Source: a virus (taxonomy: Duplodnaviria; Caudoviricetes). Taken from it: 64,000 nt of DNA. Below, piece after piece: positions 1-10,400 of this stretch. The notes beneath the pieces were generated by a model. That model was given only the letters and a program-made list of their open reading frames with translations, was not told the origin of the DNA and searched no databases. The stretch is from the IMG/VR virus record IMGVR_UViG_3300026116_000035. One strand, 5' to 3'. Numbering within the stretch: position 1 is the first letter of the stretch; each line of letters begins with the position of its first letter. The position numbers and the translations under genes were made by a program.

Positions 1-2
1 CT

Positions 3-221
3 GATCTAATGGTATCAAAGATTGTTCCGCCTGGTACGGTTTATGGTTGTGCTGATCCGGAATTCGTAGGCGTAATGCCCGTTCGCCAGGAGATTGAAGT
101 ATATCCGGCTGACGAACCTAAGCAGTTAAAGCTCGGGTGGGTAATCAGCGAAGAAATAGGAATTTGTATTGCAAATTCGAGGGGTTGCGCTGTTGGTCGT
201 AAGTCAACTGCTGTTGGCTGA
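3..221 (+). CDS. C-terminal part of major capsid protein (5' truncated by window edge)
   Basis: Frame is open to the window start (gat cta atg...). The C-terminus GWVISEEIGICIANSRGCAV resembles the final strand of HK97-fold major capsid proteins. GC is higher than the surroundings and a strong terminator follows, as expected for a highly expressed gene. Confidence 0.7.
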   Translation, partial: DLMVSKIVPPGTVYGCADPEFVGVMPVRQEIEVYPADEPKQLKLGWVISEEIGICIANSRGCAVGRKSTAVG

Positions 222-257
222 AACTAATAATCTTTAATTAATACTTAAAGGTTTAAT

Positions 258-289
258 AAAAGCTGTCATAGAAATATGGCAGCTTTTTT
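258..289 (+). terminator. Rho-independent terminator
   Basis: Stem agctgtcata / tatggcagct, GAAA (GNRA) loop, followed by T6. Confidence 0.85.
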
Positions 290-389
290 ATTTCTATTTA
301 AACGGTAAATTTTATACTCTGAAAAGAAATATCGATGGATCCAAGTTTTACAATTCATATTTTTAAACCCTAATAGTAAAGGATAAAAT

Positions 390-1577
390 ATGGGCTCATT
401 TGAAGATATTACAGGTCAGAGATTTGGAAAATTAATTGTTACGAAACGAATAGAAAATAGAGATAATAGACCTTATTTTTTGTGTACATGTGATTGCGGA
501 AAGACAAAAGAGGTATCATCACAAAATTTAAAAAAAGGTTCTGTACAATCATGTGGTTGTTTTAGAAGAGAAGTTAAATTTGTTGATCTTACCGGTAAAG
601 TTTTTAGTAGAATGACTGTTTTAAAAGAAAATGGTGTTCTTGGCGCAGGAAAAGATAAAAAAACGGCATATCTTTGTCGTTGTGCTTGTGGAGCAGAAAA
701 AACTGTAAGAGGAGCGGATTTAGTTTCAAAGAAAATAGTTTCATGTGGATGCTGGAGAGATGAGAAAGCATTAGAAAATATAAAAGATGTTAAAAATACT
801 TCAGAAGATGCTAGATTATCTAGTGCAATGGCCATGTATAATGCTAATTATAATGATGGAAATTTAACATTTGAACAATTTTTAGAAATGTCGAGCAAAG
901 ATTGTTATTATTGTGGATTGCCTCCTTCAAACAATTGCAATAAATTCATTGGTCCTAATTATGCCAAAATTTCTATTGAAAATGGAAATTTTAATTATAA
1001 TGGATTAGACAGAGTAAATTCAAATTTACCACATAATTTTGAAAATTTGGTCACGAGCTGTATAGCTTGTAACGCGTCCAAATCTGATATGACAATTGAT
1101 GAATTTAAATTATTAATATATAATTCTTACAATCATATTATATCAAACACGAGTTATATTGGTGATAGTAATAAATATTTGAAATTATTAAATGAAGAAC
1201 ATATTAATAAAGAAGAATATAATAGAAAAAATCATCCAGCAATTACTAGTGCTAAAGGAATGTATAGAAATTATGATGATGGTGATTTAACATTTGAGCA
1301 ATTTTTAAAAATGACTCAGCATCATTGCGTATATTGTGGTTGTGCACCTAAAAATAAATATAACGCATTTAAAAATAGATCTGATGCTTCTACATATTCT
1401 ATCGAAAACGGAGATTTTATCTATAATGGTTTAGATAGAATAGATTCAAACTTACCTCATAATGTAGATAATTTAACTCCAGCTTGTTTGACTTGTAATT
1501 GGAGTAAGTCTAATAAATCAGTTGAAGAATATATAAATTGGGTAACAAGGGCATATAAACATTTATATTCAGAATAA
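390..1577 (+). CDS. HNH homing endonuclease with two N-terminal CxCxCG DNA-binding repeats and two tandem HNH domains
   Basis: Two DxTG..F..L/M.V...CxCxCG...SCGC repeats, then two copies of CxYCG...NGLDR..SNLPHN..NL...CxxCNxSKS spaced 141 aa apart. Confidence 0.85.
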   Translation: MGSFEDITGQRFGKLIVTKRIENRDNRPYFLCTCDCGKTKEVSSQNLKKGSVQSCGCFRREVKFVDLTGKVFSRMTVLKENGVLGAGKDKKTAYLCRCACGAEKTVRGADLVSKKIVSCGCWRDEKALENIKDVKNTSEDARLSSAMAMYNANYNDGNLTFEQFLEMSSKDCYYCGLPPSNNCNKFIGPNYAKISIENGNFNYNGLDRVNSNLPHNFENLVTSCIACNASKSDMTIDEFKLLIYNSYNHIISNTSYIGDSNKYLKLLNEEHINKEEYNRKNHPAITSAKGMYRNYDDGDLTFEQFLKMTQHHCVYCGCAPKNKYNAFKNRSDASTYSIENGDFIYNGLDRIDSNLPHNVDNLTPACLTCNWSKSNKSVEEYINWVTRAYKHLYSE

Positions 1578-1600
1578 AATAATACTTAAAATTTTTATTT

Positions 1601-1629
1601 AAAGCCACTGAGATATCGGTGGCTTTTTT
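1601..1629 (+). terminator. Rho-independent terminator
   Basis: Stem aaagccactga / tcggtggcttt with a 4-nt loop, followed by a T run. Confidence 0.85.
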
Positions 1630-1669
1630 ATTTGGTGCATTAAAGTTCGGCATAATTTAGTATAAAAAT

Positions 1670-2479
1670 ATGACAATGAGTGATAAAAAGTTACCTTTTT
1701 CAGGAAATGCTACTCTTTTAGAAAAAATTGTAATAGATTTTAATAAATTAGTAGAAGCTGATGCCGCAGAAATTCCCAAAACCCGAGTATATAAAATAGC
1801 GTGTGAGAGTGAATCTCCGAAGGTAGAAAGATCTGCGAGAAAATCTGCGCTTGAAAGTATGCAAAATTCTGAAGGGTTTACAAAATTAGCTATTGATTCA
1901 CGACGTATAAATCAAACAATTGAGAGAAGTCCACGTCCCACAATTCAATATTTTTCTCGTTCTGAACCATATATTGATAATAGAGATCAAGAAACGATAA
2001 ATGTATTTTCTAAATTAATGGTACCTTTAATGGAAATAAAGGCGTCATTTGGAGAACAGCCGGAATATTTTGAGTCATATTCTAGGGTTTTACATGATCA
2101 AGTAGAGAGAATTTTGCGATTAAAAGTAGCTGATCAGGATATATTTAGACCACAATTAGCGTATTTAGAACAGTTAATATATGCCCGGTATCGTTTATCT
2201 ATGGAAGAAATATCAAGAATGGATAAGAGTAGTTTAAAGGCAAAATTATTAGATAAGGATGAGGCATTAATGAAGCGCGGAGCATTTATGCATATGACTG
2301 CTGCTCCTGAAGAAAATAAAAAAGTAGCAAATATACCGTTAAAAACTGGAGATCAAACGGGAAATACGCAAGAGGCTATAGTTAATGCGATATTTGGAAA
2401 TAATAATATTCGTAGAGAAGGTGAAAAAGTAGTAGAGCGCACCATTACAATTACAATAAAAGATGAAGTTAAAGATTGA
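1670..2479 (+). CDS. Hypothetical protein (helical, charged)
   Basis: 269-aa ORF; no motif recognised. Confidence 0.6.
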   Translation: MTMSDKKLPFSGNATLLEKIVIDFNKLVEADAAEIPKTRVYKIACESESPKVERSARKSALESMQNSEGFTKLAIDSRRINQTIERSPRPTIQYFSRSEPYIDNRDQETINVFSKLMVPLMEIKASFGEQPEYFESYSRVLHDQVERILRLKVADQDIFRPQLAYLEQLIYARYRLSMEEISRMDKSSLKAKLLDKDEALMKRGAFMHMTAAPEENKKVANIPLKTGDQTGNTQEAIVNAIFGNNNIRREGEKVVERTITITIKDEVKD

Positions 2480-2513
2480 TATATAATAAATATATATTGA
2501 ATTGAGGTAAAGA

Positions 2514-3131
2514 ATGGGCGGAGCTGTTGGTTATGATTTATGGTTTCCAAAGACGTGCGATACAAAATTTGTTGTGCGGAATATTGCCCGTGGAAATAAA
2601 ACGGTAAGAGTTTGGAATTATCCTATATTAAATGGAAAAACTCGTGATTTAATGACTATTCCGGCTATAAGTGAAGCTGATATTAGAAATGGTTTATTAA
2701 AGGGTGAATTAGGAATTAAATTTAAAACTAGAGAATTAGTGGTAGTGGAAAGTAATATAGATTTAATTCAATTTGATCCATGTCAGAAGGAATTTTTAGA
2801 ATCTATTGGAATAACGGTTGGATTATCAGCTGGAGGTGATGGAAGTTTGCCTGTAAATTTCAAACAAAACATTTCATTAATTGGGGCTAGAGATGGAAAT
2901 AATAGAATTTTTAAAGTTCCCAGTCCTGATAAATTTATAAATGGAATATTTCAGAACAATGAATTTCGTATTTTAGTTAGACATAATGGTAAAGGTTTAG
3001 AAGAAAATATAGATTACATTGTAGCGGAGAGTGGTGGAAGTGGAACGGGTTATGACACAATAATATTAACAAATATGTCTCCACCACCTAGAAGTAGATT
3101 ATTATGTGATTATGTAGTTCAAATTGGATAA
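2514..3131 (+). CDS. Hypothetical virion structural protein
   Basis: 205-aa ORF with GAGG RBS, in the head-to-fibre structural block. Function inferred from position only. Confidence 0.5.
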   Translation: MGGAVGYDLWFPKTCDTKFVVRNIARGNKTVRVWNYPILNGKTRDLMTIPAISEADIRNGLLKGELGIKFKTRELVVVESNIDLIQFDPCQKEFLESIGITVGLSAGGDGSLPVNFKQNISLIGARDGNNRIFKVPSPDKFINGIFQNNEFRILVRHNGKGLEENIDYIVAESGGSGTGYDTIILTNMSPPPRSRLLCDYVVQIG

Positions 3132-3134
3132 ATA

Positions 3135-4253
3135 ATGGCAGTAATAGATAATAGATTAGATCCGGCATTAGATATAGCGGGTTCATTAAATCAACAAGAA
3201 AATTTAGTAAAAAATGAAGAGCCGTTACAATATGGCTCTAGAATTCCTGGTCAAATAGGATTTACTGCATCAATAATAAATTCAGGAGTGGTAACAATTT
3301 CTGGATTAAGTGGGATGACTGATCAAAGTGTTGGAAGATTTTTGACATTATTTGGAGCGACTAATTCAAATAATAATGGAACTTTTTTAATTACATTATT
3401 TAATAGTCCAACTAGTGTAGATATAAAAAATGATAATGCTGTAAATGATTTAAATAATGGTCATATAAATTGGATAGAGAGAAAGTCATATTCATTAGAG
3501 GATGATTTAAATTATATTAGGACAGATAGAGCTGATATTAAAGGTGTTGGATATTCGGCAGATGTACCTACTTATTTTAGATGTGATGATTCTGTTACTC
3601 CTATACCGGCAAATTTAGCTAATATTGCGGGACATACTACAGATGCTAAGTCATTAGTTAATAGTAGAAAATATGAAAGAGCAATGCCTATAACTGGGCA
3701 AAGTTATATACGATTAGCAGGGACATTGGGAGAATTTCCTTATGCAAATTTGGTTAATAGATTAGGTATACCAATTCATGATGGATTTGATTCGAGTAAT
3801 GATTATGCGTGTTATTGTGATATTATAAGTCAAGATACTGGAGCTGGGTTTAATGTTTTATCTGGATCGCATAGTGGGGAAAAAATATTTGGATTTTCTA
3901 GGAAAGGAAGTACGGGGGTAGATGGAACAAGTTTTGAAGTTGAATTAAGATCGATGAAGGATGGATATTCATTTAGTCAATCTTCAATATATTTATGGGA
4001 ACCTACGCAACCTAATGTAGTTGATGTATATTTTCCTTATAGAGAATGTTTTGCAGATATGGATGAATCTGCATTAAGATTTACTGTAGTACATGGAGTA
4101 ACGGCTGGAGGTATATCAGTTAAGCCTACAGCGATTGGACAAATTTTATATTCAGTTGAAAGTGATAATTTAATATTTACAGTAGAGCAACCAATTGTTA
4201 ATGATGAAAGTTTAATAATGGTAAATGATGATGATGTTATATTGGTAATGTAG
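3135..4253 (+). CDS. Hypothetical virion structural protein (possible fibre anchor/collar)
   Basis: 372-aa beta-rich ORF coupled to the previous gene and directly upstream of the fibre genes. Confidence 0.45.
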   Translation: MAVIDNRLDPALDIAGSLNQQENLVKNEEPLQYGSRIPGQIGFTASIINSGVVTISGLSGMTDQSVGRFLTLFGATNSNNNGTFLITLFNSPTSVDIKNDNAVNDLNNGHINWIERKSYSLEDDLNYIRTDRADIKGVGYSADVPTYFRCDDSVTPIPANLANIAGHTTDAKSLVNSRKYERAMPITGQSYIRLAGTLGEFPYANLVNRLGIPIHDGFDSSNDYACYCDIISQDTGAGFNVLSGSHSGEKIFGFSRKGSTGVDGTSFEVELRSMKDGYSFSQSSIYLWEPTQPNVVDVYFPYRECFADMDESALRFTVVHGVTAGGISVKPTAIGQILYSVESDNLIFTVEQPIVNDESLIMVNDDDVILVM

Positions 4254-4320
4254 TTTTTAATATAAATATCAATATTATAGCATTATTCTGAACTGCTAAA
4301 AATTATATCTTTGGAGCACA

Positions 4321-7300
4321 ATGGTTAGCGCTAGGCATAAAAATCAAACGATAGATCAGGGCATACATTCCATTGTAGCTTATTATTACGCTGATTCTAC
4401 AGAGCGTTTAGCGACTTCAGGATTTAGAGCTTATGATTTATATAAATTAGCTATTGATTTAAATGATAATACTTTTTGGATTATTACAAATATTGATGGT
4501 TTTGGAAATGCAACTTGGCAAAATTTAGTAGCTTCAACAGGTGGGGCAGTAGGTGGAGATTTAAGTGGAGCTTTACCAAATCCATCTGTAGTAGATCTAA
4601 CAATTTCGGGGCAGCAGCAAGGTTCTATATTATATTATAATGGAACAAATTGGGTAGTATTAAATCCTGGTACTGATGGATATGTATTAACTACTCATGA
4701 TGTTGGAAATAATCCTACCTGGACGGCTGCTAGTGGTGGAGGTGGTGGAGCAAATTTAGCAAATACGGCTCCTGTTGATGTTACTAAAGCGGCAGCATCT
4801 GTAGGCACTTCATTATTTGCGGCTAGAGCAGATCATAAACATAATATATTAACTGATGTACCTATTTCTATTGGTCCAGTTAATTCAGAAGGTGTATCGA
4901 CTGCATTAGCAAGAGCTGATCATAAACATGCAGTTACAGATTTGGCAATTCCTGGACAAACTCAGGGTGACATTATATTTTTTAATGGTACAAATTGGGT
5001 TAAGTTAGCAATTGGTTCAGATGGATATGTATTAACGGCGCATGGACCTGGAACAAATCCTGAGTGGGACAAACCTGCAACTCCTGGACCGTCTGGAATA
5101 TTTGCTGGAGCGCAATTAGCAACAACTGGAAATGTTACTTTTGCAAATTCTAATGGTATTTCTTTTGGAATGAGTAATTTTAATCAAATTACTGCTAGTT
5201 ATACAGTTCCTTCTACAGCTGGATTGATTTCAAATATAAATGTAAGTGCTGGGACTACATCAAATAATTTATCCGCATTAACATTTAGCAATTCAAACGG
5301 GTTAAGTTTTGGATTAAATGGTTCAGTTATTACAGGATCGTATACAGTTCCTACACAGACGAATTTTGTATTTTCAAATTCAAATGGATTAAGTTTTGGA
5401 ACTAATGGGTCTACAGTAACGGGTAGTTATACAGTTCCAAATGTTCCTGTACAAACTAATCAAACTGAGGGATTTTATGCAATTGGAAATACAGTAGGAC
5501 AATCTTCGAGTTCAACATTTGATGCTCGAACTTTATCTATTTCTGGTGCAGGTATTGCTTCTGTTGGATATTCAGGAAATGCATTAATAGTTTCAGTTCC
5601 TGCAGGGCTGGCTAATATTAATATAAGTGCAGGTACTACGTCAAATAATCTTTCAGCTCTTACATTTAGTAATTCAAATGGTTTAAGTTTTGGATTAAAC
5701 GGTTCTGTAGTTACCGGGTCATATACTGTACCTACGCAAAGTAATCAAACTGAAGGAATGTATGCGATAGGTAATACAGCTGGACAGAGTTCTAGTTCTA
5801 CGTTTGATGCTAGGACGATGAGTGTATCTGGAGCTGGAAATATTTCTGTAGGTTATTCTGGAAATGCTTTAGTTATTTCTGGATCACAATCAGCGCAAAC
5901 TCAAAATGTAGTTGTACCATCTGCTGGAACTCAATCTGCAACTTCTGGTACAGTAATATTTAGTAATTCCAATGGTATTAGTTTTGGGATGAGTAATTCT
6001 AGTGTTATTACTGCGAGTTATACAGTTCCTTCTACGGCTGGATTATTATCAAATGTTAATGTAAGTGCAGGAACTACTTCAAATAATTTAAGTGCTTTTG
6101 TATTTAGTAATTCTAATAATGTATCTTTCGGATTAAATGGAAGTACTATTACAGCTACAGTTACAACTCCGGCTCAAACAAATCAAAGTATAGGATTATA
6201 TGCTCTAGGTAATACTACCCAAAATAGTTCTACTACTTTAGACGCACGTAGTTTATCGTTTAATGGTTTAGGTATCATTACGGCTGGTTATTCTAATGGT
6301 TCTATTCAATTATCAGCTACGCAATCAGTTCAGACTCAAAATGTAGTTGCTCCCTCTGCTGGAACTCAGACAGCTACATCGGGAACTGTAATATTCAGTA
6401 ATTCTAACGGTATTTCTTTCGGTATGAGTAATTCTAGTGTTATTACTGCTAGTTATACGGTACCAACTCAAACTGCTCAGACTGTAGGATTATATGCATT
6501 AGGAAATACAACCCAAAATAGTTCAACTACTTTGGATGCTAGGACTTTATCTTTTAATGGATTAGGTGCTGCTACTGTAGGTTATTCAAACGGATCAATT
6601 CAGATCTCAGTTCCTACACAAACAGCTCAAACCCAGAGTAATATTCAAGCTATTTATGACGGCGCAAATTCAATAAGTACGGGAACAATTCGTTTCTCAA
6701 ATTCAAATGGTTTAAGTTTTGGAATAAATGGTCAGACTATAACTGGATCTTATACAGTTCCTTCAACGGCTGGATTAATTTCTGCAATAAATGTATCAGC
6801 AGGGACTACATCTAATAATCTTTCAGCTGTAACTTTTAGTAACTCTAATGGTTTAAGTTTTGGATTAAATGGATCGATTATAACTGGGTCATATACAGTT
6901 CCTACTCAAAGTAATCAAACAGAGGGAAGATATGCAGTAGGTAATACTACTGGGCAAAGTTCTAGTTCTACATTTGACGCTAGGACAATGAGTGTATCAG
7001 GTGCTGGAAATATTTCTGTAGGTTATTCTGGTGGTAATCTTGTAATTTCAGGAACAGCTCCGAGTGGATCACTTAATTTTTCTGCAGGTACAACATCAAA
7101 TAATTTAACTGCATTAACATTTAGTAATTCAAATGGAGTTTCTTTTGGATTAAATGGGTCAGTGGTAACAGGATCAGTTGCCGCCCAAAGCAATCAGACG
7201 GCCGGATTCTATGCAGTTGGTAATACTACAGGTCAATCTTCAAGTTCTACATTTGATGTAAGAACATTAAGCTTGTCTGGAGCTGGTATCGCATCTGTAG

Positions 7301-10300
7301 GTTATTCAGGAAATAATATTATAATTAATGTACCTGCAGCTGGAGCAAGTGTTAATTTCTCTGCCGGCACTACTTCTGGTAATTTAAATGCTGTAACTTT
7401 TTCAAATTCAAATGGTATAAGTTTTGGATTAAATAATGGTGTTATTACCGCCACTGTAACTCCTGGAGCTGCGGCGGGTATAGCGGCTATTCAAGGTGGA
7501 ACACAAACAGCAACATCTGGAACTGTAATATTTAGTAATTCAAATGGTATATCTTTTGGATTATCAAATTCTAGTATAATGACCGCTAGTTATACAGTAC
7601 CCACTCAAACTGCACAAACTGTAGGACTTTATGCCTTAGGTAATACTACTCAAAATAGTTCTACTACATTAGATGCCAGAACTTTAAGTTTTAATGGTTT
7701 AGGTGCCGCTACAGTAGGTTATTCTAATGGGTCTATTCAGATTTCTGTTCCTACACAGACCGCACAAACTCAGAGTAATATTCAGGCTATTTATGATGGT
7801 GCTAATTCAATAAGTACTGGAACAATTAGATATTCAAATTCAAATGGTGTATCTTTTGGAATTAACGGACAAACTTTAACTGCATCTGTAGCTGCTCAAA
7901 CTGCGCAGACGGTAGGATTATATGCTTTAGGTAATACTACGCAAAATTCCAGCACAACTTTAGATGCTAGAACATTATCATTTAATGGTTTAGGAGCAGC
8001 AACTGTAGGATATTCAAATGGATCAATTCAAATTTCAGTTCCTAATGCATTAACCAATGTAAATATTTCCGCTGGCACTACATCGAATAATTTAACTAAT
8101 TTTGTATTTTCAAATTCAAATAATGTATCTTTCGGATTAAACGGAAGTACTATTACAGCTACGGTAACTACTCCAGCTCAAACCGCTCAGACCATTGGAC
8201 TTTATGCTTTAGGAAATACTACTCAGAATAGCTCTACTACTTTAGATGCTCGTACTTTAAGTTTCAATGGTTTGGGTATTATCACTGCTGGTTATTCTAA
8301 TGGATCTATTCAATTATCTGCAACTCAATCTGCGCAGACTCAGAACGTAGTCGTACCTTCTGCTGGTACTCAAACAGCAACTTCTGGAACTGTAGTATTT
8401 AGCAATTCTAATGGCATTTCTTTTGGTATGAGTAATTCTAGTGTTATTACCGCTAGCTATACAGTACCAACTCAAACTGCGCAAACTATAGGTCTTTATG
8501 CAATTGGAAATACCACTCAGAATAGTTCAACTACATTAGACGCAAGAACATTAAGCTTCAATGGTTTGGGAGCTGCAACGGTTGGGTATTCTAATGGATC
8601 AATTCAGGTTTCCGTTCCCACACAAACGGCTCAAACTCAAAGCAATATTCAGGCTATTTATGATGGTGCAAATTCTATTAGTACGGGAACTATTAGATAT
8701 TCGAATGCTAATGGTGTTTCATTCGGTATTAATGGTCAAACTTTAACTGGGTCTGTAGCTGCTCAGACAAATCAAACAATTGGGCTTTATGCAATTGGAA
8801 ATACTACACAGAATTCTAGTACTACCTTAGATGCTCGTACATTATCTTTTAATGGATTAGGGGCTGCAACAGTTGGATATTCTAATGGATCGATCCAAAT
8901 TTCAGTTCCTAATGCATTAACTAATATAAATATTTCTGCTGGTACAACGAGTAATAATTTAACTAATTTTGTATTTTCAAATTCCAATAACGTATCTTTC
9001 GGATTAAATGGAAGTACTGTTACAGCTACAGTTACTACTCCAGCTCAAACAAATCAAACAATCGGGCTTTATGCAGTTGGTAATACTACTCAAAATTCCA
9101 GTACAACTTTAGATGCTAGAACTTTGTCTTTTAATGGTTTAGGTATTATTACTGCTGGATATTCTAATGGGTCAGTGCAAATTTCAGCCACTCAATCTGC
9201 ACAAACTCAAAATGTAGTTGTACCGTCTGCTGGAACTCAATCTGCAACTTCTGGTACAGTAATATTTAGTAATTCCAATGGTATTAGTTTTGGAATGAGC
9301 AATAGTTCTGTAATTACTGCTAGTTATACAGTTCCTTCTACTGCCGGTTTAATTTCAGCAATAAATGTTTCTGCAGGCACTACATCTAATAATCTTTCGG
9401 CTATTACATTTAGTAATTCAAATGGTTTAAGTTTTGGATTAAATGGGTCTGTAGTAACCGGTTCTTACACTGTCCCAACTCAAACAAATCAGACAATTGG
9501 ATTATACGCTGTTGGAAATACTACTCAAAATAGTTCAACTACTTTAGATGCGCGGACATTAAGTTTTGATGGTTTAGGTGCTGCAAGTGTAGGTTATTCA
9601 AATGGGTCAGTTCAAATTTCTGTACCAGTTCAGTCAGCTCAAAGTCAAAGTAATATTCAGGCTATTTATGACGGTGTAAATTCTATTAGTACTGGAACAA
9701 TTAGATTTTCAAATGCTAATGGAGTTTCTTTTGGGGTTAATGGTCAAACTTTAACTGGATCTGTAGCAGCTCAATCTAGAGTTCAAGTTTCACATTTAAT
9801 GTTTCCTGAAAATCCTTGGCAAACAAATTATCCAATATCAAATGCAAGTTTTTCATTACAACATTTTAATCCTAAAGTTGATATTCTGGCAACTCAAGCC
9901 AATTTATTGATGGCATTAACAGGAAATACTGATTCTACTGGAGCATTTACTGTAAGTTTAGGTATATATACAATGGCAGGTTCAGTTATGTCATTAGCTT
10001 CTTCAAATTCTAGGGTAATAACTTGGACTTCTGGATCTCAAACAACTAATTCAAGTGTTTATGGAGGTATTTCTGGAACAAGGTATAGAACTGTAGGATT
10101 AAATTGGTCAATATCTGCTGGCGATTATGTATTAGGTATGTGGTTTAGAACTACAAATAATGGAACTTGGAATGCATTTGGTGTTCAAGGTCCTACTATC
10201 GTTGGTGGATTAGATGGAAATGAAACAAATCATTACTTAAATGGATATTCTACTAGTTCCTATTCAACTGCTATGATTGGAAGCGTAAATGTTACAAATA

Positions 10301-10368
10301 CAAATTATGTTAGAACTGGTGGTAATGCATTTCAGCAACCTGGCATAATTTTCTTAGGTAGCTATTAA
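4321..10368 (+). CDS. Giant modular repeat fibre protein 1 (2015 aa)
   Basis: N-terminal phage-fibre motifs (GGDLSGALPNP, G.I.YYNGTNW..L..G.DGYVLT twice, ARADHKH twice), about 33 repeat modules of four types, and a ~195-aa non-repetitive C-terminal head. Confidence 0.75.
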   Translation: MVSARHKNQTIDQGIHSIVAYYYADSTERLATSGFRAYDLYKLAIDLNDNTFWIITNIDGFGNATWQNLVASTGGAVGGDLSGALPNPSVVDLTISGQQQGSILYYNGTNWVVLNPGTDGYVLTTHDVGNNPTWTAASGGGGGANLANTAPVDVTKAAASVGTSLFAARADHKHNILTDVPISIGPVNSEGVSTALARADHKHAVTDLAIPGQTQGDIIFFNGTNWVKLAIGSDGYVLTAHGPGTNPEWDKPATPGPSGIFAGAQLATTGNVTFANSNGISFGMSNFNQITASYTVPSTAGLISNINVSAGTTSNNLSALTFSNSNGLSFGLNGSVITGSYTVPTQTNFVFSNSNGLSFGTNGSTVTGSYTVPNVPVQTNQTEGFYAIGNTVGQSSSSTFDARTLSISGAGIASVGYSGNALIVSVPAGLANINISAGTTSNNLSALTFSNSNGLSFGLNGSVVTGSYTVPTQSNQTEGMYAIGNTAGQSSSSTFDARTMSVSGAGNISVGYSGNALVISGSQSAQTQNVVVPSAGTQSATSGTVIFSNSNGISFGMSNSSVITASYTVPSTAGLLSNVNVSAGTTSNNLSAFVFSNSNNVSFGLNGSTITATVTTPAQTNQSIGLYALGNTTQNSSTTLDARSLSFNGLGIITAGYSNGSIQLSATQSVQTQNVVAPSAGTQTATSGTVIFSNSNGISFGMSNSSVITASYTVPTQTAQTVGLYALGNTTQNSSTTLDARTLSFNGLGAATVGYSNGSIQISVPTQTAQTQSNIQAIYDGANSISTGTIRFSNSNGLSFGINGQTITGSYTVPSTAGLISAINVSAGTTSNNLSAVTFSNSNGLSFGLNGSIITGSYTVPTQSNQTEGRYAVGNTTGQSSSSTFDARTMSVSGAGNISVGYSGGNLVISGTAPSGSLNFSAGTTSNNLTALTFSNSNGVSFGLNGSVVTGSVAAQSNQTAGFYAVGNTTGQSSSSTFDVRTLSLSGAGIASVGYSGNNIIINVPAAGASVNFSAGTTSGNLNAVTFSNSNGISFGLNNGVITATVTPGAAAGIAAIQGGTQTATSGTVIFSNSNGISFGLSNSSIMTASYTVPTQTAQTVGLYALGNTTQNSSTTLDARTLSFNGLGAATVGYSNGSIQISVPTQTAQTQSNIQAIYDGANSISTGTIRYSNSNGVSFGINGQTLTASVAAQTAQTVGLYALGNTTQNSSTTLDARTLSFNGLGAATVGYSNGSIQISVPNALTNVNISAGTTSNNLTNFVFSNSNNVSFGLNGSTITATVTTPAQTAQTIGLYALGNTTQNSSTTLDARTLSFNGLGIITAGYSNGSIQLSATQSAQTQNVVVPSAGTQTATSGTVVFSNSNGISFGMSNSSVITASYTVPTQTAQTIGLYAIGNTTQNSSTTLDARTLSFNGLGAATVGYSNGSIQVSVPTQTAQTQSNIQAIYDGANSISTGTIRYSNANGVSFGINGQTLTGSVAAQTNQTIGLYAIGNTTQNSSTTLDARTLSFNGLGAATVGYSNGSIQISVPNALTNINISAGTTSNNLTNFVFSNSNNVSFGLNGSTVTATVTTPAQTNQTIGLYAVGNTTQNSSTTLDARTLSFNGLGIITAGYSNGSVQISATQSAQTQNVVVPSAGTQSATSGTVIFSNSNGISFGMSNSSVITASYTVPSTAGLISAINVSAGTTSNNLSAITFSNSNGLSFGLNGSVVTGSYTVPTQTNQTIGLYAVGNTTQNSSTTLDARTLSFDGLGAASVGYSNGSVQISVPVQSAQSQSNIQAIYDGVNSISTGTIRFSNANGVSFGVNGQTLTGSVAAQSRVQVSHLMFPENPWQTNYPISNASFSLQHFNPKVDILATQANLLMALTGNTDSTGAFTVSLGIYTMAGSVMSLASSNSRVITWTSGSQTTNSSVYGGISGTRYRTVGLNWSISAGDYVLGMWFRTTNNGTWNAFGVQGPTIVGGLDGNETNHYLNGYSTSSYSTAMIGSVNVTNTNYVRTGGNAFQQPGIIFLGSY
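7504..9237 (+). repeat. Higher-order tandem duplication, period 867 bp (289 aa, six modules)
   Basis: Markers recur exactly 867 bp apart: the caa codon of GTQ at 7504/8371/9238, and cctaatgcattaac at 8041/8908. Confidence 0.85.
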
Positions 10369-10400
10369 CTAATATTATGATATTTAAAGGGAATATATAA

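Noticed and set aside
221-1670. Group I intron carrying the HNH gene within the capsid gene
   Set aside because: The capsid ORF ends with a plausible C-terminus, stop codon and terminator; no intron core or resumed exon was seen.
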